DNA of 64,000 bases, from the NCBI GenBank assembly GCA_028867755.1, contig JAGWFT010000001.1:996727-1060726 (forward strand), written 5' to 3'. This DNA comes from Nitrososphaerota archaeon. GTDB lineage: Archaea; Thermoproteota; Nitrososphaeria; Nitrososphaerales; Nitrosopumilaceae. The notes beneath the pieces were generated by a model. The model was given only the letters and a program-made list of their open reading frames with translations, made no database searches and was not told the DNA's origin. Of the stretch, positions 47,349 to 58,093 are shown in pieces (within the stretch, counting starts at the first letter, position 1; every line of letters begins with the position of its first letter). Position numbers and translations under genes: made by a program.

Positions 47349-48149
47349 CTATCTGAATTTATATCGTAATCTATGCTGTGAGAAAATTATTATGGCCATT
47401 GTAGTCCCCAGAGTTAAGATCAACATTGAGATTCCAAATTCAGGAATAACAACAGTTCCTGTCAAAGTAAGTTCTTTTATTCCGTATGACATGGGACAAT
47501 CAAGAATTCTTTCCATATCTGTCTCAGTTTGAACACAGTCTACCACGTTACCATTTTCCTTTATGTCTAGCTGCCCACCTGGAGCATCTATTACTTGCTT
47601 GGGAATCTGATATTCTTCGGTAATGGAACCATTTTGTATCTTGCTAGTATCCACCTGAATAGCAATGGAGTTATCTGCTGTTGCAACTTCAACATTTCCA
47701 TATTTTACAAGATTGGTATCTTTTCCTCGAACTTTTATGTCACTACCAAATATTGGAATTATTTGTGTCTGTCCAACAGTTACCTGAAACTGGATTTGGG
47801 TGGTTTGGCTTCCTTGTCTTATGTTTACGGTATAAAGTCCTCCCTGAACGTCGTCACTCAATACAAAATCATGAGAAAATATGTTGTTAAGCAATGTTAC
47901 TTGGCCCACTTCGTATACATTTCCAATTGGATTTCTTACTATTATTGTGACAGGATTTACATTTGTTAATTGTTGTACTGTTCCTGTGATTATGACTTTA
48001 TCTCCAGGTTCATAAGATTGCTTGTTAGCAGTTGCAGATATTCCCTGAGGGCTCTGAGCTAATGCCGAATTCATTGATACTGTAACTAATAGCAAAACAA
48101 GAAAAATCACTGCCTGTAACCAACGCATTGGCAATTTTGATAATTTCAT
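47349..48149 (-). CDS. PEFG-CTERM surface protein
   Basis: Signal peptide; C-terminal IPEFG + TM + basic tail. Confidence 0.88.
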   Translation of the reverse strand: MKLSKLPMRWLQAVIFLVLLLVTVSMNSALAQSPQGISATANKQSYEPGDKVIITGTVQQLTNVNPVTIIVRNPIGNVYEVGQVTLLNNIFSHDFVLSDDVQGGLYTVNIRQGSQTTQIQFQVTVGQTQIIPIFGSDIKVRGKDTNLVKYGNVEVATADNSIAIQVDTSKIQNGSITEEYQIPKQVIDAPGGQLDIKENGNVVDCVQTETDMERILDCPMSYGIKELTLTGTVVIPEFGISMLILTLGTTMAIIIFSQHRLRYKFR

Positions 48150-48183
48150 GGTATTTAACTGTAGATTTGGAGTGTATGGTTTT

Positions 48184-48492
48184 CTATGTAAATTTCTTAA
48201 TTGATTTTAGTTTGTCCTCAAGAGAACGATCCTTGTCTCTTCTCTCATCAATCTTGAGAATTGTCTCTACGCGAGTTACTCCCATTGCAAATATTGAATT
48301 TGCAACGGCTTTTGAGGCTTCAAAGATCTTGTTTATGTCGTCAGATTCAATCATGGTGCCCATGGGAGTTACTTGGTATCTTATGCCATCAATTTTCTCT
48401 AAACTTTTCACACCGTTTGCAATGTATTTGCCTAAGCTTGGTGATGAAGTGCCTATTGGAAGGACTCCAAGTTCTGCATGAATTTTTGTCAT
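48184..48492 (-). CDS. MTH1187/thiamine-binding (DUF77) family protein
   Basis: GVLPIGT..SLGKYIA, YQVTPMGT, RVETILKIDERRDK. Confidence 0.88.
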   Translation of the reverse strand: MTKIHAELGVLPIGTSSPSLGKYIANGVKSLEKIDGIRYQVTPMGTMIESDDINKIFEASKAVANSIFAMGVTRVETILKIDERRDKDRSLEDKLKSIKKFT

Positions 48493-48539
48493 GATATAAT
48501 TATATTTTTGTTCTTTAAAATAATTGCTTGATTTTTTCT

Positions 48540-50045
48540 CTATATGAAAGCATCAAGCCCGGTTTTTTGAGTCAGGTCTTGTTTTTCAAGAATCCTGGAC
48601 ATTTTTTCACCCATCTTCTTTGCTGCAGTCACTTTTCGCTTTCCTATCCAGTAATAGGCTTCATCTGTGGTATCTTTTGCAATTAAGACTATTAGTTTTC
48701 CATAATCTTTTCTGCCTGTTCTGCCCTTTCTCTGGACGTATCGTATTGAGCTTGGGACATTATCAAAAAATATGACTGTATTCACTTCAGAAATATCTAG
48801 TCCTTCTTCTCCTACTCTTGTGGCAATCAACACCTTGTACTGACCATCTCTGAACTTTTGAACTGTCTCGATTTGTTTTTTCTGTTTGAGTCCAGTTTCT
48901 CCTGCCTTTCCTATGAGAAATCCTGCAGGTATATTCATCTCAATTAGTTTTTGGTGTATTACTTCAACTGAATCTCTGTAGCTTGTAAATACCAGAGCTT
49001 TTCCAGGGAGATCATTCAGTATTTCTTTTAATTTTATGATTTTTGAATGCTCAATGCCTTTTTGTTGAGCATCTTTTGACAGGCGTATAGCTTTACCAAA
49101 GTTTAGATCATTTTCAAATAAATCTCGTATTCCTACCCCTTTTTTCTGCATTGTTCTCTCGCAGAATCTAAGGAATGATGTTATCCCATGTGATTCTAAT
49201 ACGTTTAATGCATGAATCAACCTTATCGCAGTAAAGAGTGGTTTTGCAGCTCTTCGGTTTTGCCTTAAAACAAAATCTCTCACGCGAAGAAGCTCGGATA
49301 ATGACCTCGTATTGGATAAATTCAATCCTAGTTTTTTTAATTCATCATATCGCGAATCTATTGCCATCTTTATGCAAGCCTGAATCTGCTTCATTTCATA
49401 TGGAAGTTCCACGCTTATCCATTGAGTGTCGGTTTGTTGTACGTAGGGACTCACGTCAGGACTTTCTTCAGTTCTTTGTGCGATACTAGATATTTTTAAT
49501 ATTTGTAGTATTTCTGAAGCTTTTTCTCGCTCACTTGGTAATGTAGCAGTCATGCCCATGATTCTTACATTTGTGTTGTTGAATCGCTCTGCTATGCCAG
49601 CATATGCATAATCTCCCACAGTTCTATGGGCTTCATCAAATATTACCAAGACAAATTGTGATGGAGACACAAATTGTCTGTCAAGATCATTTTTGACAAT
49701 TTCAGGCGTTGCACAGATAATGCTATTTATCCAGAGTTTTTTTCGTTTGGTTATTGGGTCTTCTCCAGTTATGAGAGCTATGTCATCTACAAGCACATTT
49801 GATCTCAAAAATTCATAATGTTGATGTGCTAATACTCTTGTTGGCGCTAAAAATAATATTCCACCTGTTTTTCTAGAAAGAAACTCTACTATCACTTGAA
49901 GAGCAACAGTTGTTTTACCAAGCCCAGTTGGAAGCACCACTAGACAATTATCTGAAATAGCTTGCCTTGCCAAATTGACTTGATATTCTCTGTATTCAAT
50001 AGAGGACTTTTTGACAAGTGGGTGCTCGATGTATTGTTGATTCAA
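48540..50045 (-). CDS. hef: Hef/FANCM-like SF2 helicase (no nuclease domain)
   Basis: REYQ, LPTGLGKT, DEAH, TAT, QRKGRTGR; ends at 501 aa without ERCC4 domain. Confidence 0.88.
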   Translation of the reverse strand: MNQQYIEHPLVKKSSIEYREYQVNLARQAISDNCLVVLPTGLGKTTVALQVIVEFLSRKTGGILFLAPTRVLAHQHYEFLRSNVLVDDIALITGEDPITKRKKLWINSIICATPEIVKNDLDRQFVSPSQFVLVIFDEAHRTVGDYAYAGIAERFNNTNVRIMGMTATLPSEREKASEILQILKISSIAQRTEESPDVSPYVQQTDTQWISVELPYEMKQIQACIKMAIDSRYDELKKLGLNLSNTRSLSELLRVRDFVLRQNRRAAKPLFTAIRLIHALNVLESHGITSFLRFCERTMQKKGVGIRDLFENDLNFGKAIRLSKDAQQKGIEHSKIIKLKEILNDLPGKALVFTSYRDSVEVIHQKLIEMNIPAGFLIGKAGETGLKQKKQIETVQKFRDGQYKVLIATRVGEEGLDISEVNTVIFFDNVPSSIRYVQRKGRTGRKDYGKLIVLIAKDTTDEAYYWIGKRKVTAAKKMGEKMSRILEKQDLTQKTGLDAFI

Positions 50046-50148
50046 ACACCTTCAACTTGCCTTCGATGGGTAAAAATGTTCTTTCAAGCTGGTTGTTATC
50101 CATAGCTCACATCTTTACATTCTTGCTGATCTTTGTAGATCTTATATT

Positions 50149-50706
50149 ATGGCGAGTTACAGTCATCTTGTGAAAAAGGAATTCGAACGCCCAACTTGGG
50201 ATGAATATTTTATGCTTCAAGCAGAACTTGCAAAATTACGCTCTAATTGTATTACAAGACAGGTTGGAGCCGTTATAGTTAGAGAGCACAGGCAGATTGC
50301 CACTGGATATAATGGTACACCTCCGGGAGTCAAAAATTGCTATGAAGGAGGGTGTAAACGATGCCAACTACGTGCTGAAGGAAAGATTGCTTCTGGCGAA
50401 GCGCTTGATAGGTGCATATGCAATCACGCAGAAGCAAATGCAATAATGCACTGTGCAATTTTGGGAGTAGGTGCCGGCACAAAAGATACTACATTGTATA
50501 CCACATTTGTAACATGTTTAGAATGCAGCAAGATGGCAATAACTATAGGAATTAGGAGAATCGTGTGTCTTGGTTCATACCCTGAGACAGACTATCAGCT
50601 TTTGAATGACGCAAATGTAGAGGTCGTGGTTCTAGACAAGAACAAAATAAAGTATTGGATCAAAGTATTGCTCGAGGAACCAACTACTAGTTTGATACCA
50701 AAGTGA
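50149..50706 (+). CDS. dCMP deaminase family protein
   Basis: RPTWDEYF, RSNC..RQVGAVI, GYNG, HAEANA, CLEC. Confidence 0.92.
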   Translation: MASYSHLVKKEFERPTWDEYFMLQAELAKLRSNCITRQVGAVIVREHRQIATGYNGTPPGVKNCYEGGCKRCQLRAEGKIASGEALDRCICNHAEANAIMHCAILGVGAGTKDTTLYTTFVTCLECSKMAITIGIRRIVCLGSYPETDYQLLNDANVEVVVLDKNKIKYWIKVLLEEPTTSLIPK

Positions 50707-50712
50707 GATAGC

Positions 50713-53271
50713 ATGCAATCTTCTGTAGCAGTTGACGAAATAACAACAACAATGCCTCCGGCGCTGCTTGTTTCTGCCACTTATGATGGTCAGAAAAAAG
50801 CCGCCATTTTGAAGTTTTATGAGCCAGTTTCTCAAAAGGTTCTGTTATGGACAGATAATACAGGGCATAAACCATATTGTTATTCTAAACTAGCACCTGA
50901 AGAATTAAAATTCTTGTCAGATCGAAAAGATGTGATAAAGCTAGAAAAAACCAAGAAGCAAGATTTGATCAAGGACCAGTCCATCGATGTAACAAAAATA
51001 ATAGTTACAGATCCTTTAGCAATTGGTGGGACTCAAACTGACAAGAGCATAAGAAATGTCATAGAGACATGGGAGTCAGACATCAAATATTATGAAAACT
51101 ATTTGTATGATAACTTGCTTATTGTGGGAAGATACTACATCATAGAAAATGGCAAACTAAAAGAATTTGCGTATCCAATTCCAGATGAGGTACAACTTGC
51201 GTTAAAGGGGTTATTGTATGATAAAGTAACCAGTATGGGGATGATAGATCAAAAAGGATTTCAAGATAACATAAGTGAGTGGGCAAACTTACTCAATCAA
51301 CCAATACCTAAGATTAGAAGGATAAGTTTTGACATCGAGGTTGAATCAGAGACAGGGAGGATACCTGATGCTAAAATTGCTGAGAAAAAAATAACTGCAA
51401 TTGGATTTTGTGGTAGTGATGATTCTAAACAGGTATTTGTCCTAAAGCGAGCAGAAAGAAAACTTGGAACCAGTGAGATGGCACCTGATATCAAAGTAAC
51501 TTTCTATGATGAGGATAAGGAAGCAGACATGATACGAGATGCCTTTAAACTTTTGACAAGTTATCCTTTCGTAATCACATTCAATGGTGATGACTTTGAC
51601 ATGCCATACATGTACAATAGGGCAGAGAAACTTGGAATTGGATTAAAAGACATTCCACTCATAATGATGAGAGACTCTGCCACTCTAAAACAAGGAGTTC
51701 ACATTGATTTGTATCGGGCTTTTTCTAATCGTTCGTTCCAGATCTATGCATTTAGTCACAAATACAATGACTTTTCGCTCAATAGTATATCAGAGGGATT
51801 AATTGATGAATCAAAAATAGAATATGAAGGCGATCTAGACGATCTTTCTTTGTACGAGCTTGCAAATTATTGTTTTAATGATGCAAGGTTAACAGAAAAA
51901 CTCACAAGTTTCAATAATGATTTGTTAATGGATCTGCTTGTTGTCATAACAAGAATAGGTAGAATGCCAATCGACGATATATCTAGACTTGGAGTGTCAC
52001 AATGGATTCGTAGTTTGTTTTATTATGAACATCGGCACCACGGTTTTTTGATTCCAAGAAGGGAAGAATTGGAACAAAAATCTGTTGCAGCATCTACCGA
52101 AGCAATAATCAAAGATAAAAAATATCGTGGCGGTCTAGTCGTAGAACCAAAGGAAGGAATTCATTTCAATGTATTTGTGATGGACTTTGCTAGCCTGTAT
52201 CCAAGTATAATAAAAGTGCGAAACCTCTCATATGAAACGGTAAGATGCACACATAATGAATGCAAGAAAAACATGATTCCTGAAACTGCCCACTGGGTGT
52301 GTGAGAAGAAAAATGGCCTTACTGCACTATTGATTGGATCTTTACGTGATCTGCGTGTTAATTATTACAAGAGTTTATCAAAAAACCCAGCATTAAGTGA
52401 AGATCAAAAACAACTCTACACAGTGGTAAGTCAAGCGCTCAAAGTTATACTAAATGCAAGCTACGGCGTAATGGGATCTGAAATATTTCCATTGTATTGT
52501 CTTCCTGTTGCAGAAGCTACTACGGCAGTTGGAAGGTTTACAATTTTAGAAACAATTGAAAAATGTAAATCCATAGGAATTGAAGTTTTGTATGGCGATA
52601 CTGATTCTTTATTTCTTAAAGGTCCTACACGAGAACAGATTCAAAATGTAGTGGATTGGGCAAAAGAAAAGTTTGGTGTTGATCTTGATTTGGATAAAGA
52701 GTATCGTTATGTTGTTTTTAGTACGAGAAAGAAAAATTATCTTGGAGTTCAAAAGGATGGTAAAGTGGATGTAAAAGGCCTAACAGGTAAAAAATCACAC
52801 ACACCACCATTCATTCGAAGTCTTTTTTATGAAATATTGGGGATCTTGTCAAAAGTACAATCAGAAAGTGAGTTCTCGCAGTCAAAACAAATGATTGGCG
52901 ACATGATATCTCAATATGCTAAAAAACTAAAAACAAGACAAATTCCGCTAAACGAACTTGCGTTTAATGTAATGATAAGTAAAGCCCCGTCTGAATATGT
53001 GAAAACAATTCCTCAACATATACGCGCAGCTAAATTATTGGAACAGACACGGGAGATTAAGAAAGGAGACATCATATCATATGTAAAAATAATAAACAAA
53101 CCTGGTGTAAAACCGGTTGAAATGGCACGTTCTGATGAAATTGATTCTGCAAAATATATGGAATTCATGGAAAGTACTTTTGATCAAATACTATCTTCCA
53201 TGGATTTGGACTTTGATACCTTAATTGGGGCACCAAAACAAACTGGACTAGATCAATTCTTTTGGAATTAA
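50713..53271 (+). CDS. polB: Family B DNA polymerase
   Basis: Exo I FDIEV, Exo II FNGDDFD, DFASLYPS, KVILNASYG, YGDTDS. Confidence 0.97.
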   Translation: MQSSVAVDEITTTMPPALLVSATYDGQKKAAILKFYEPVSQKVLLWTDNTGHKPYCYSKLAPEELKFLSDRKDVIKLEKTKKQDLIKDQSIDVTKIIVTDPLAIGGTQTDKSIRNVIETWESDIKYYENYLYDNLLIVGRYYIIENGKLKEFAYPIPDEVQLALKGLLYDKVTSMGMIDQKGFQDNISEWANLLNQPIPKIRRISFDIEVESETGRIPDAKIAEKKITAIGFCGSDDSKQVFVLKRAERKLGTSEMAPDIKVTFYDEDKEADMIRDAFKLLTSYPFVITFNGDDFDMPYMYNRAEKLGIGLKDIPLIMMRDSATLKQGVHIDLYRAFSNRSFQIYAFSHKYNDFSLNSISEGLIDESKIEYEGDLDDLSLYELANYCFNDARLTEKLTSFNNDLLMDLLVVITRIGRMPIDDISRLGVSQWIRSLFYYEHRHHGFLIPRREELEQKSVAASTEAIIKDKKYRGGLVVEPKEGIHFNVFVMDFASLYPSIIKVRNLSYETVRCTHNECKKNMIPETAHWVCEKKNGLTALLIGSLRDLRVNYYKSLSKNPALSEDQKQLYTVVSQALKVILNASYGVMGSEIFPLYCLPVAEATTAVGRFTILETIEKCKSIGIEVLYGDTDSLFLKGPTREQIQNVVDWAKEKFGVDLDLDKEYRYVVFSTRKKNYLGVQKDGKVDVKGLTGKKSHTPPFIRSLFYEILGILSKVQSESEFSQSKQMIGDMISQYAKKLKTRQIPLNELAFNVMISKAPSEYVKTIPQHIRAAKLLEQTREIKKGDIISYVKIINKPGVKPVEMARSDEIDSAKYMEFMESTFDQILSSMDLDFDTLIGAPKQTGLDQFFWN

Positions 53272-53273
53272 CT

Positions 53274-53396
53274 ATGGATTGTCCTAACTGTGACTCCCCC
53301 ATGGAAATAATGCTTCAAAATGAAACAGGCAAAACAGAATCAGAAAAGAAAACTAGCAATTATAGATGTCTTTGTTGTAATTTGATTCTGAAATAG
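53274..53396 (+). CDS. 40-aa zinc-ribbon microprotein
   Basis: MDCPNCDSPMEIMLQNETGKTESEKKTSNYRCLCCNLILK; starts 2 nt after polB stop, overlaps 3' end of opposite gene. Confidence 0.5.
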   Translation: MDCPNCDSPMEIMLQNETGKTESEKKTSNYRCLCCNLILK

Positions 53397-54163
53397 AAAA
53401 TGGTTGACATCATTGCAATTGCAAGTATTAAAATAGCAATAGTGCCAAATTCTGGCATTATTTGAGTACCAATTATTATTACTTGTGCATTGTTTGATCC
53501 AAACGGGATGGTAAGAGTTCTATTGGCATCAGTCTTTGTTTCATTGAACGTTGTTGTTATTCCATCATTTTGGACGACAAACTGGCCGTCTTGACCATTG
53601 TTCTTTGCATCTATCAGCAATCTTGGCAGTGTGACTGAGATCGTACCATTGCCGGTAGGTTGAATTCGTATTGTTATGGATTTTGTGTCAATGTCTGGAT
53701 TGATGGTCAATACTTTGCCATTTGTTATGTGATATGTTGCATTGTATATCTGGCCTTGAATAGTAATCGGGATGACTGTGTTAAATCCAGTAAACGTAAA
53801 TGTTGTTTTTGCAGTATTATCTTTGTTACCATACGTAACATCTACTTCATAGGTGCCAGATGTGGTCCATAAATTACCTCCTGCAGTAACTGTTGTGGAA
53901 TACAAGTTATCTGAGTTTGGAGATACCTGACCAAGTAATACGATATTTTGTGACTGGTCTCTTACAACTATTGATATTGGAACATTAAGTTGAGTACTCA
54001 CAGCTCCTGATATAACGATCTGATCTCCGTCAGAATAGGTAGACTTGTCAGTAGTTACTGTGATTGGCGCAGATGTTGTGCTAGTTTGAGCAAAAGTTGG
54101 CACCATACTCAATGATATGGTAGATACAATCAACATGATGAAAATAAGAGTAATTTTCAACAA
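53360..54163 (-). CDS. PEFG-CTERM surface protein
   Basis: Signal peptide; C-terminal MPEFG + TM + basic tail; paralog of 47349-48149. Confidence 0.88.
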   Translation of the reverse strand: MLKITLIFIMLIVSTISLSMVPTFAQTSTTSAPITVTTDKSTYSDGDQIVISGAVSTQLNVPISIVVRDQSQNIVLLGQVSPNSDNLYSTTVTAGGNLWTTSGTYEVDVTYGNKDNTAKTTFTFTGFNTVIPITIQGQIYNATYHITNGKVLTINPDIDTKSITIRIQPTGNGTISVTLPRLLIDAKNNGQDGQFVVQNDGITTTFNETKTDANRTLTIPFGSNNAQVIIIGTQIMPEFGTIAILILAIAMMSTIFYFRIKLQQRHL

Positions 54164-54287
54164 ATAAACGAAGAATTGTTGTTATTTAAGATTCTCGATT
54201 AATTTTACTAGTTAACATGTTATGTTCCAGTCGCTCAAATTTTGTCTAGTGCCATAGATCAACTCATGTACAAGCATGTTTTGAGCC

Positions 54288-55052
54288 CTATCCTTCAGAG
54301 GCTGATTTTCCGCCATCTACGTTCATGATTATTCCTGAAATCCAATTAGATTCATCAGACGCCAAATAAACTGCAGCGTTAGCTACGTCAATAGGTTCAC
54401 CAATTCTATTCAATGGCTGTCTATCTTCTAGGACTTTTCTTGCTTCAGGATATTCAAGATATGGCTTTATCATTCCAGCATTCATTATTCCTGGATTTAT
54501 GCAATTACAACGAATGTTTCTTCTGGCGTATTCGATTGCTATTCCTTTGGTAAACATGTTGATTGCAGCTTTGGTAGTGCAATATACTGTCAAATGCACT
54601 TTTGGAATTGCCCTTTCACTTGATATTGATCCTATATTGATAATTGACCCTTTTTTATTTTCAAGCATTTTGACTAGTACTGATTTTGTCATCATGAAAG
54701 TACCAAAGAGATTAGTGTTAACTAGTGACCCCCACTCAGATTCTTTCATCTCATGGAAATGGACAGGATCGTTGATTGTTCCTGCATTGTTAACGAGGAT
54801 GTCTATCTTTCCATAATGTGCGTTTATCTGCTCAACTGTTTGAATAACTTGGGATTCATCTGTAATATCGCATATTATGGTCACAGTGTTTGCATCATGG
54901 TTTTTTATAGATGATCTAGCCTTTTCTAATTTTTCTCTATTTCTGCCTACCAAAACAACCTTTGCTCCTTCTTCTACAAATCTCTTTGATATCTCTAGGC
55001 CTATCTCACTTGATGCCCCAGTTACTATTGCAACCTTATCTTTTAATCGCGT
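54288..55052 (-). CDS. Short-chain dehydrogenase/reductase; start extended to non-canonical ACG
   Basis: In-frame upstream of track ORF: (T)[17 protein letters not shown]; NNAG, YCTTK catalytic YxxxK. Confidence 0.85.
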   Translation of the reverse strand, partial: TRLKDKVAIVTGASSEIGLEISKRFVEEGAKVVLVGRNREKLEKARSSIKNHDANTVTIICDITDESQVIQTVEQINAHYGKIDILVNNAGTINDPVHFHEMKESEWGSLVNTNLFGTFMMTKSVLVKMLENKKGSIINIGSISSERAIPKVHLTVYCTTKAAINMFTKGIAIEYARRNIRCNCINPGIMNAGMIKPYLEYPEARKVLEDRQPLNRIGEPIDVANAAVYLASDESNWISGIIMNVDGGKSASEG

Positions 55053-55149
55053 ATATGATATATCCGAAACAGTCGCTTAAAAAAGTCGCTCTTGCTTTTC
55101 AGACATGAAGGAAGATGTGTACCTGTATCAAAGTATCAAATCGCAAAAT

Positions 55150-56379
55150 CTATGATTTTCTGATCTTTTGAATCTCTTGAGTAACAAGAGGTAAGAACGC
55201 CCCTACATCTGTTACTATACCTAATGCCTGCCATGTTCCCCTGTCCATGAGTTTAGTTACTGTGGGTTGGTTGATATCTACTACAATCACTTTGACGTCA
55301 GCTGGAAGCATATTTCCGGTTGCTATAGAATGAAGCATTGTTGAGACCATTATGACCATTTTTGCATCTTTGAGAATCTCTTTGTATTTTTTCTGTGCTA
55401 CAGTCATGTCTGTTATCACATCTGGCAATGGTCCGTCATCGCGTAATGAGCCTGCAAGAACAAATGGAATCTGATTTTTCACACATTCGTACATTATTCC
55501 TCGTTTCAGTGTCTTTTTCTCAACCATCTTTGAAATTGAACCTGCCTTAAAAACAGAATTTATTGCTCGCATGTGATTTCTGTGACCCCTAATGGCAAGT
55601 GTGCCATCACGTACATTCATTCCAAGAGATGTCCCTAAAGTTGAATATTCTATATCGTGAACGGCTAGAGCATTTCCCGCAAGTACAGCGTCAATGAATC
55701 CTAATTTGACAAGTGTTGCAATCGAATCGGATGCTCCAGTATGAACTATAGCTGGACCTCCAACAAGAACTATTTTTCCATTGGCTTTCTTTGTTTTGTA
55801 GATGTCTTCTGCTACTCTTCGTGCAATGTGTTGAGTAGGTCTTTCACTTGAACTTCCGCTTCCCATGAATTGGAATAGATTTACTCCTTCACGTGGTCGT
55901 TCTGGCGGTGTGATCTTAATTCCTTGTTCACCTATTACGATCAGGTCTCCTTTCTTTATTTCACGAATGGGAGTACAAAAAACGCGATTTCCCTTCACTA
56001 CGATACATTTATCCATCATCATATTTTCCACTCTGATCCACTTGCCTTTATGAAAAATGTCAGTATGATTATTCGTTGTACTGTAGAAGTCATCAGGCAT
56101 TACCATATCTTTCTGAGTTGCTTTTAACACCACTTCTTGTTGGATCTTTGAAGTAGCACCTTCTCGATAGACAGCTTGTAGAATTTGATTTAGATGTTCT
56201 TTTGATTTACCTTGGATGAGAAGTTTTGCATAGCTTTCATCTTTTTTCTTCTTTCCAACTGAAAATCGTTCTACTTGAAATTCTCCTTGCAAGTCCATGA
56301 TTATGTCAAAAATTTTGGTAAGAATCATCGAGTCAATAAGATGTCCTTTTACCTCGATTGTGTGATGAAATTTAGCCAT
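55150..56379 (-). CDS. TIGR00300 family protein (ornithine cyclodeaminase / LOR-SDH-like)
   Basis: GHLIDS, DFYSTTN, FMGSGSSSERP, GNALAVHDIE, GSLRDDGPLPD. Confidence 0.85.
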   Translation of the reverse strand: MAKFHHTIEVKGHLIDSMILTKIFDIIMDLQGEFQVERFSVGKKKKDESYAKLLIQGKSKEHLNQILQAVYREGATSKIQQEVVLKATQKDMVMPDDFYSTTNNHTDIFHKGKWIRVENMMMDKCIVVKGNRVFCTPIREIKKGDLIVIGEQGIKITPPERPREGVNLFQFMGSGSSSERPTQHIARRVAEDIYKTKKANGKIVLVGGPAIVHTGASDSIATLVKLGFIDAVLAGNALAVHDIEYSTLGTSLGMNVRDGTLAIRGHRNHMRAINSVFKAGSISKMVEKKTLKRGIMYECVKNQIPFVLAGSLRDDGPLPDVITDMTVAQKKYKEILKDAKMVIMVSTMLHSIATGNMLPADVKVIVVDINQPTVTKLMDRGTWQALGIVTDVGAFLPLVTQEIQKIRKS

Positions 56380-56440
56380 TTGATGAAATGAGGCTGTTGT
56401 GCTAATTTAACGTTTAAGGAAAGCCATTAAAGTGCCTGAT

Positions 56441-58015
56441 TTAGTTAGACCTAAAATCTATAGTACGATGCGTTCTTTTTTGTACCCTGAGTATTAACAT
56501 AAAAAGTAAAAATCCAAAAAATAACATGTTTGCAACAAAGGTAAGCGTACTATCAAGAGATTCCTGCAAGGTTCCATAATGGAGTGGATTTACCCATGTT
56601 GTTCCTGGTGAAAAATAGATTTTTTCCCAATATGAGAAAGATGTCATGGAATGGACAAATATGAAATAAATGCTAAAAATTATTTTTATTTTTTTATTTG
56701 AAATCTCTTTTATAAAACTCCAGAAACCATAAGATGCTATAAAAAGGACTGAGATCTCAAGAGGGAGAAGATATCGTTCAAGTGAGAAATCTTTGACAAT
56801 TGTAAGTGTAAGGATAAATGTACTACAAAACCAAATTAAAAGTAGTGCTTCAGAGATACATTTTTTGTTCTTTCTTACATTGTATATCAAATACGCAAAT
56901 CCAATAAAGAAGAAAGTAGTCAGAGGAATTGTTGAATAAGTGGGTGGATATGTCCAACCAAAATTTCCATTCAAATTTAGAATAGGATTAGAAATTTGTT
57001 TCTCTATAAAACTTGGGAAAAGAAGATAATGAAAAAATGACGCAGTTGATTGAAAGTTAACATTATGAATAGTAGGATAACCAATGTACCAGACATCACG
57101 ATTGTAATTATTCATGTCTGTTTTCATGACTGAAATCTCGTTTAGTGGGTTTTTGTAAAATCCAGGTTCTGTTAAAAATATGCCAAAAAATGATATTATA
57201 AAAAATGAAAAAACGATGAGGCCTGTTTTCGTGGCATATTTTTTTTCAAAAAACATGCCATCTTGAGTGTCAATCCACCTCTTGAGTAAAATTATGCCAA
57301 GAAATAAAGCAAAGAAGGTTATCGCAAGCATCTTGAAATCTATTGCGACTCCGAATGCTATTGCGCTTGAAACAAAATATATTATTTTTGGATTTTTTTT
57401 ATTTTTGAAAGCATAAAGTAAAAGCAATAGGGATAGCATTACAAAGAAAATGTAATGAACTTCAACCATCACAGTACGACTGTACCATATCCAGAGATCA
57501 TACGTCAGAAAAAGAAGAGAGGCTGCAATTCCAAGATACTTGTTGAAAAGCAATTTTCCCATCATAAATGAAAACATGACAGTCAGAGAACCAAATAGTG
57601 GTGAAAGCAATCTGCCTGCCGTCATTTCTTTAATCGATGGACCATTGTCATGTTTGTAACAATCCCAATAGCATGACCAATTGTAAAAATCCCCAGTATC
57701 CTCGTTTGTAAGATACATTGGAAAACCAATCAGAAGGTTTCTAACAGGACTATAAGTCAGCCCAAATGCTGGAATGTGGAACAACGAATTACAATTATCT
57801 AGAGACTCTAAACATGAATTTCCAATATTTCCTTTTTTTATTAGATCAAAGTAATTACCGCCCCATCCAAGATATGTGATTTCATCGCCATGCCATGGCT
57901 GCCCTTCTAAATTGTATGAATAAATAAAAAATGAACCAAGTAACAATGCAAGAGGAATGACATAATCTGATTTTTTTATTATGAATTGCACTATTTTCAT
58001 TATTTCATTTCCCAC
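56441..58015 (-). CDS. Membrane glycosyltransferase, GT-C (ArnT/PMT-like)
   Basis: WHGDE..Y, GRLLS..FG, SRTVMVE, RYLLPL; many TM. Confidence 0.82.
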   Translation of the reverse strand: MGNEIMKIVQFIIKKSDYVIPLALLLGSFFIYSYNLEGQPWHGDEITYLGWGGNYFDLIKKGNIGNSCLESLDNCNSLFHIPAFGLTYSPVRNLLIGFPMYLTNEDTGDFYNWSCYWDCYKHDNGPSIKEMTAGRLLSPLFGSLTVMFSFMMGKLLFNKYLGIAASLLFLTYDLWIWYSRTVMVEVHYIFFVMLSLLLLLYAFKNKKNPKIIYFVSSAIAFGVAIDFKMLAITFFALFLGIILLKRWIDTQDGMFFEKKYATKTGLIVFSFFIISFFGIFLTEPGFYKNPLNEISVMKTDMNNYNRDVWYIGYPTIHNVNFQSTASFFHYLLFPSFIEKQISNPILNLNGNFGWTYPPTYSTIPLTTFFFIGFAYLIYNVRKNKKCISEALLLIWFCSTFILTLTIVKDFSLERYLLPLEISVLFIASYGFWSFIKEISNKKIKIIFSIYFIFVHSMTSFSYWEKIYFSPGTTWVNPLHYGTLQESLDSTLTFVANMLFFGFLLFMLILRVQKRTHRTIDFRSN

Positions 58016-58093
58016 ACACTGATTTCAAGTCTTAGTGTAACTTTAAAATACGTTTTTAGTGTTTTTTGCAAAATGCTAAAGTTGAAGAGTTAT

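Noticed and set aside
48540-50045. Hef truncated or pseudogenised (no nuclease domain)
   Set aside because: The helicase motifs are complete and the ORF ends cleanly; helicase-only forms are plausible normal variants.
50490-50530. dCMP deaminase PCxxC changed to TCLEC
   Set aside because: All zinc ligands (HAE, CxxC) are retained; a single substitution cannot be interpreted without an alignment.
50713-53271. Intein or inactivated polymerase
   Set aside because: Length and all exonuclease/polymerase motifs are contiguous and intact.
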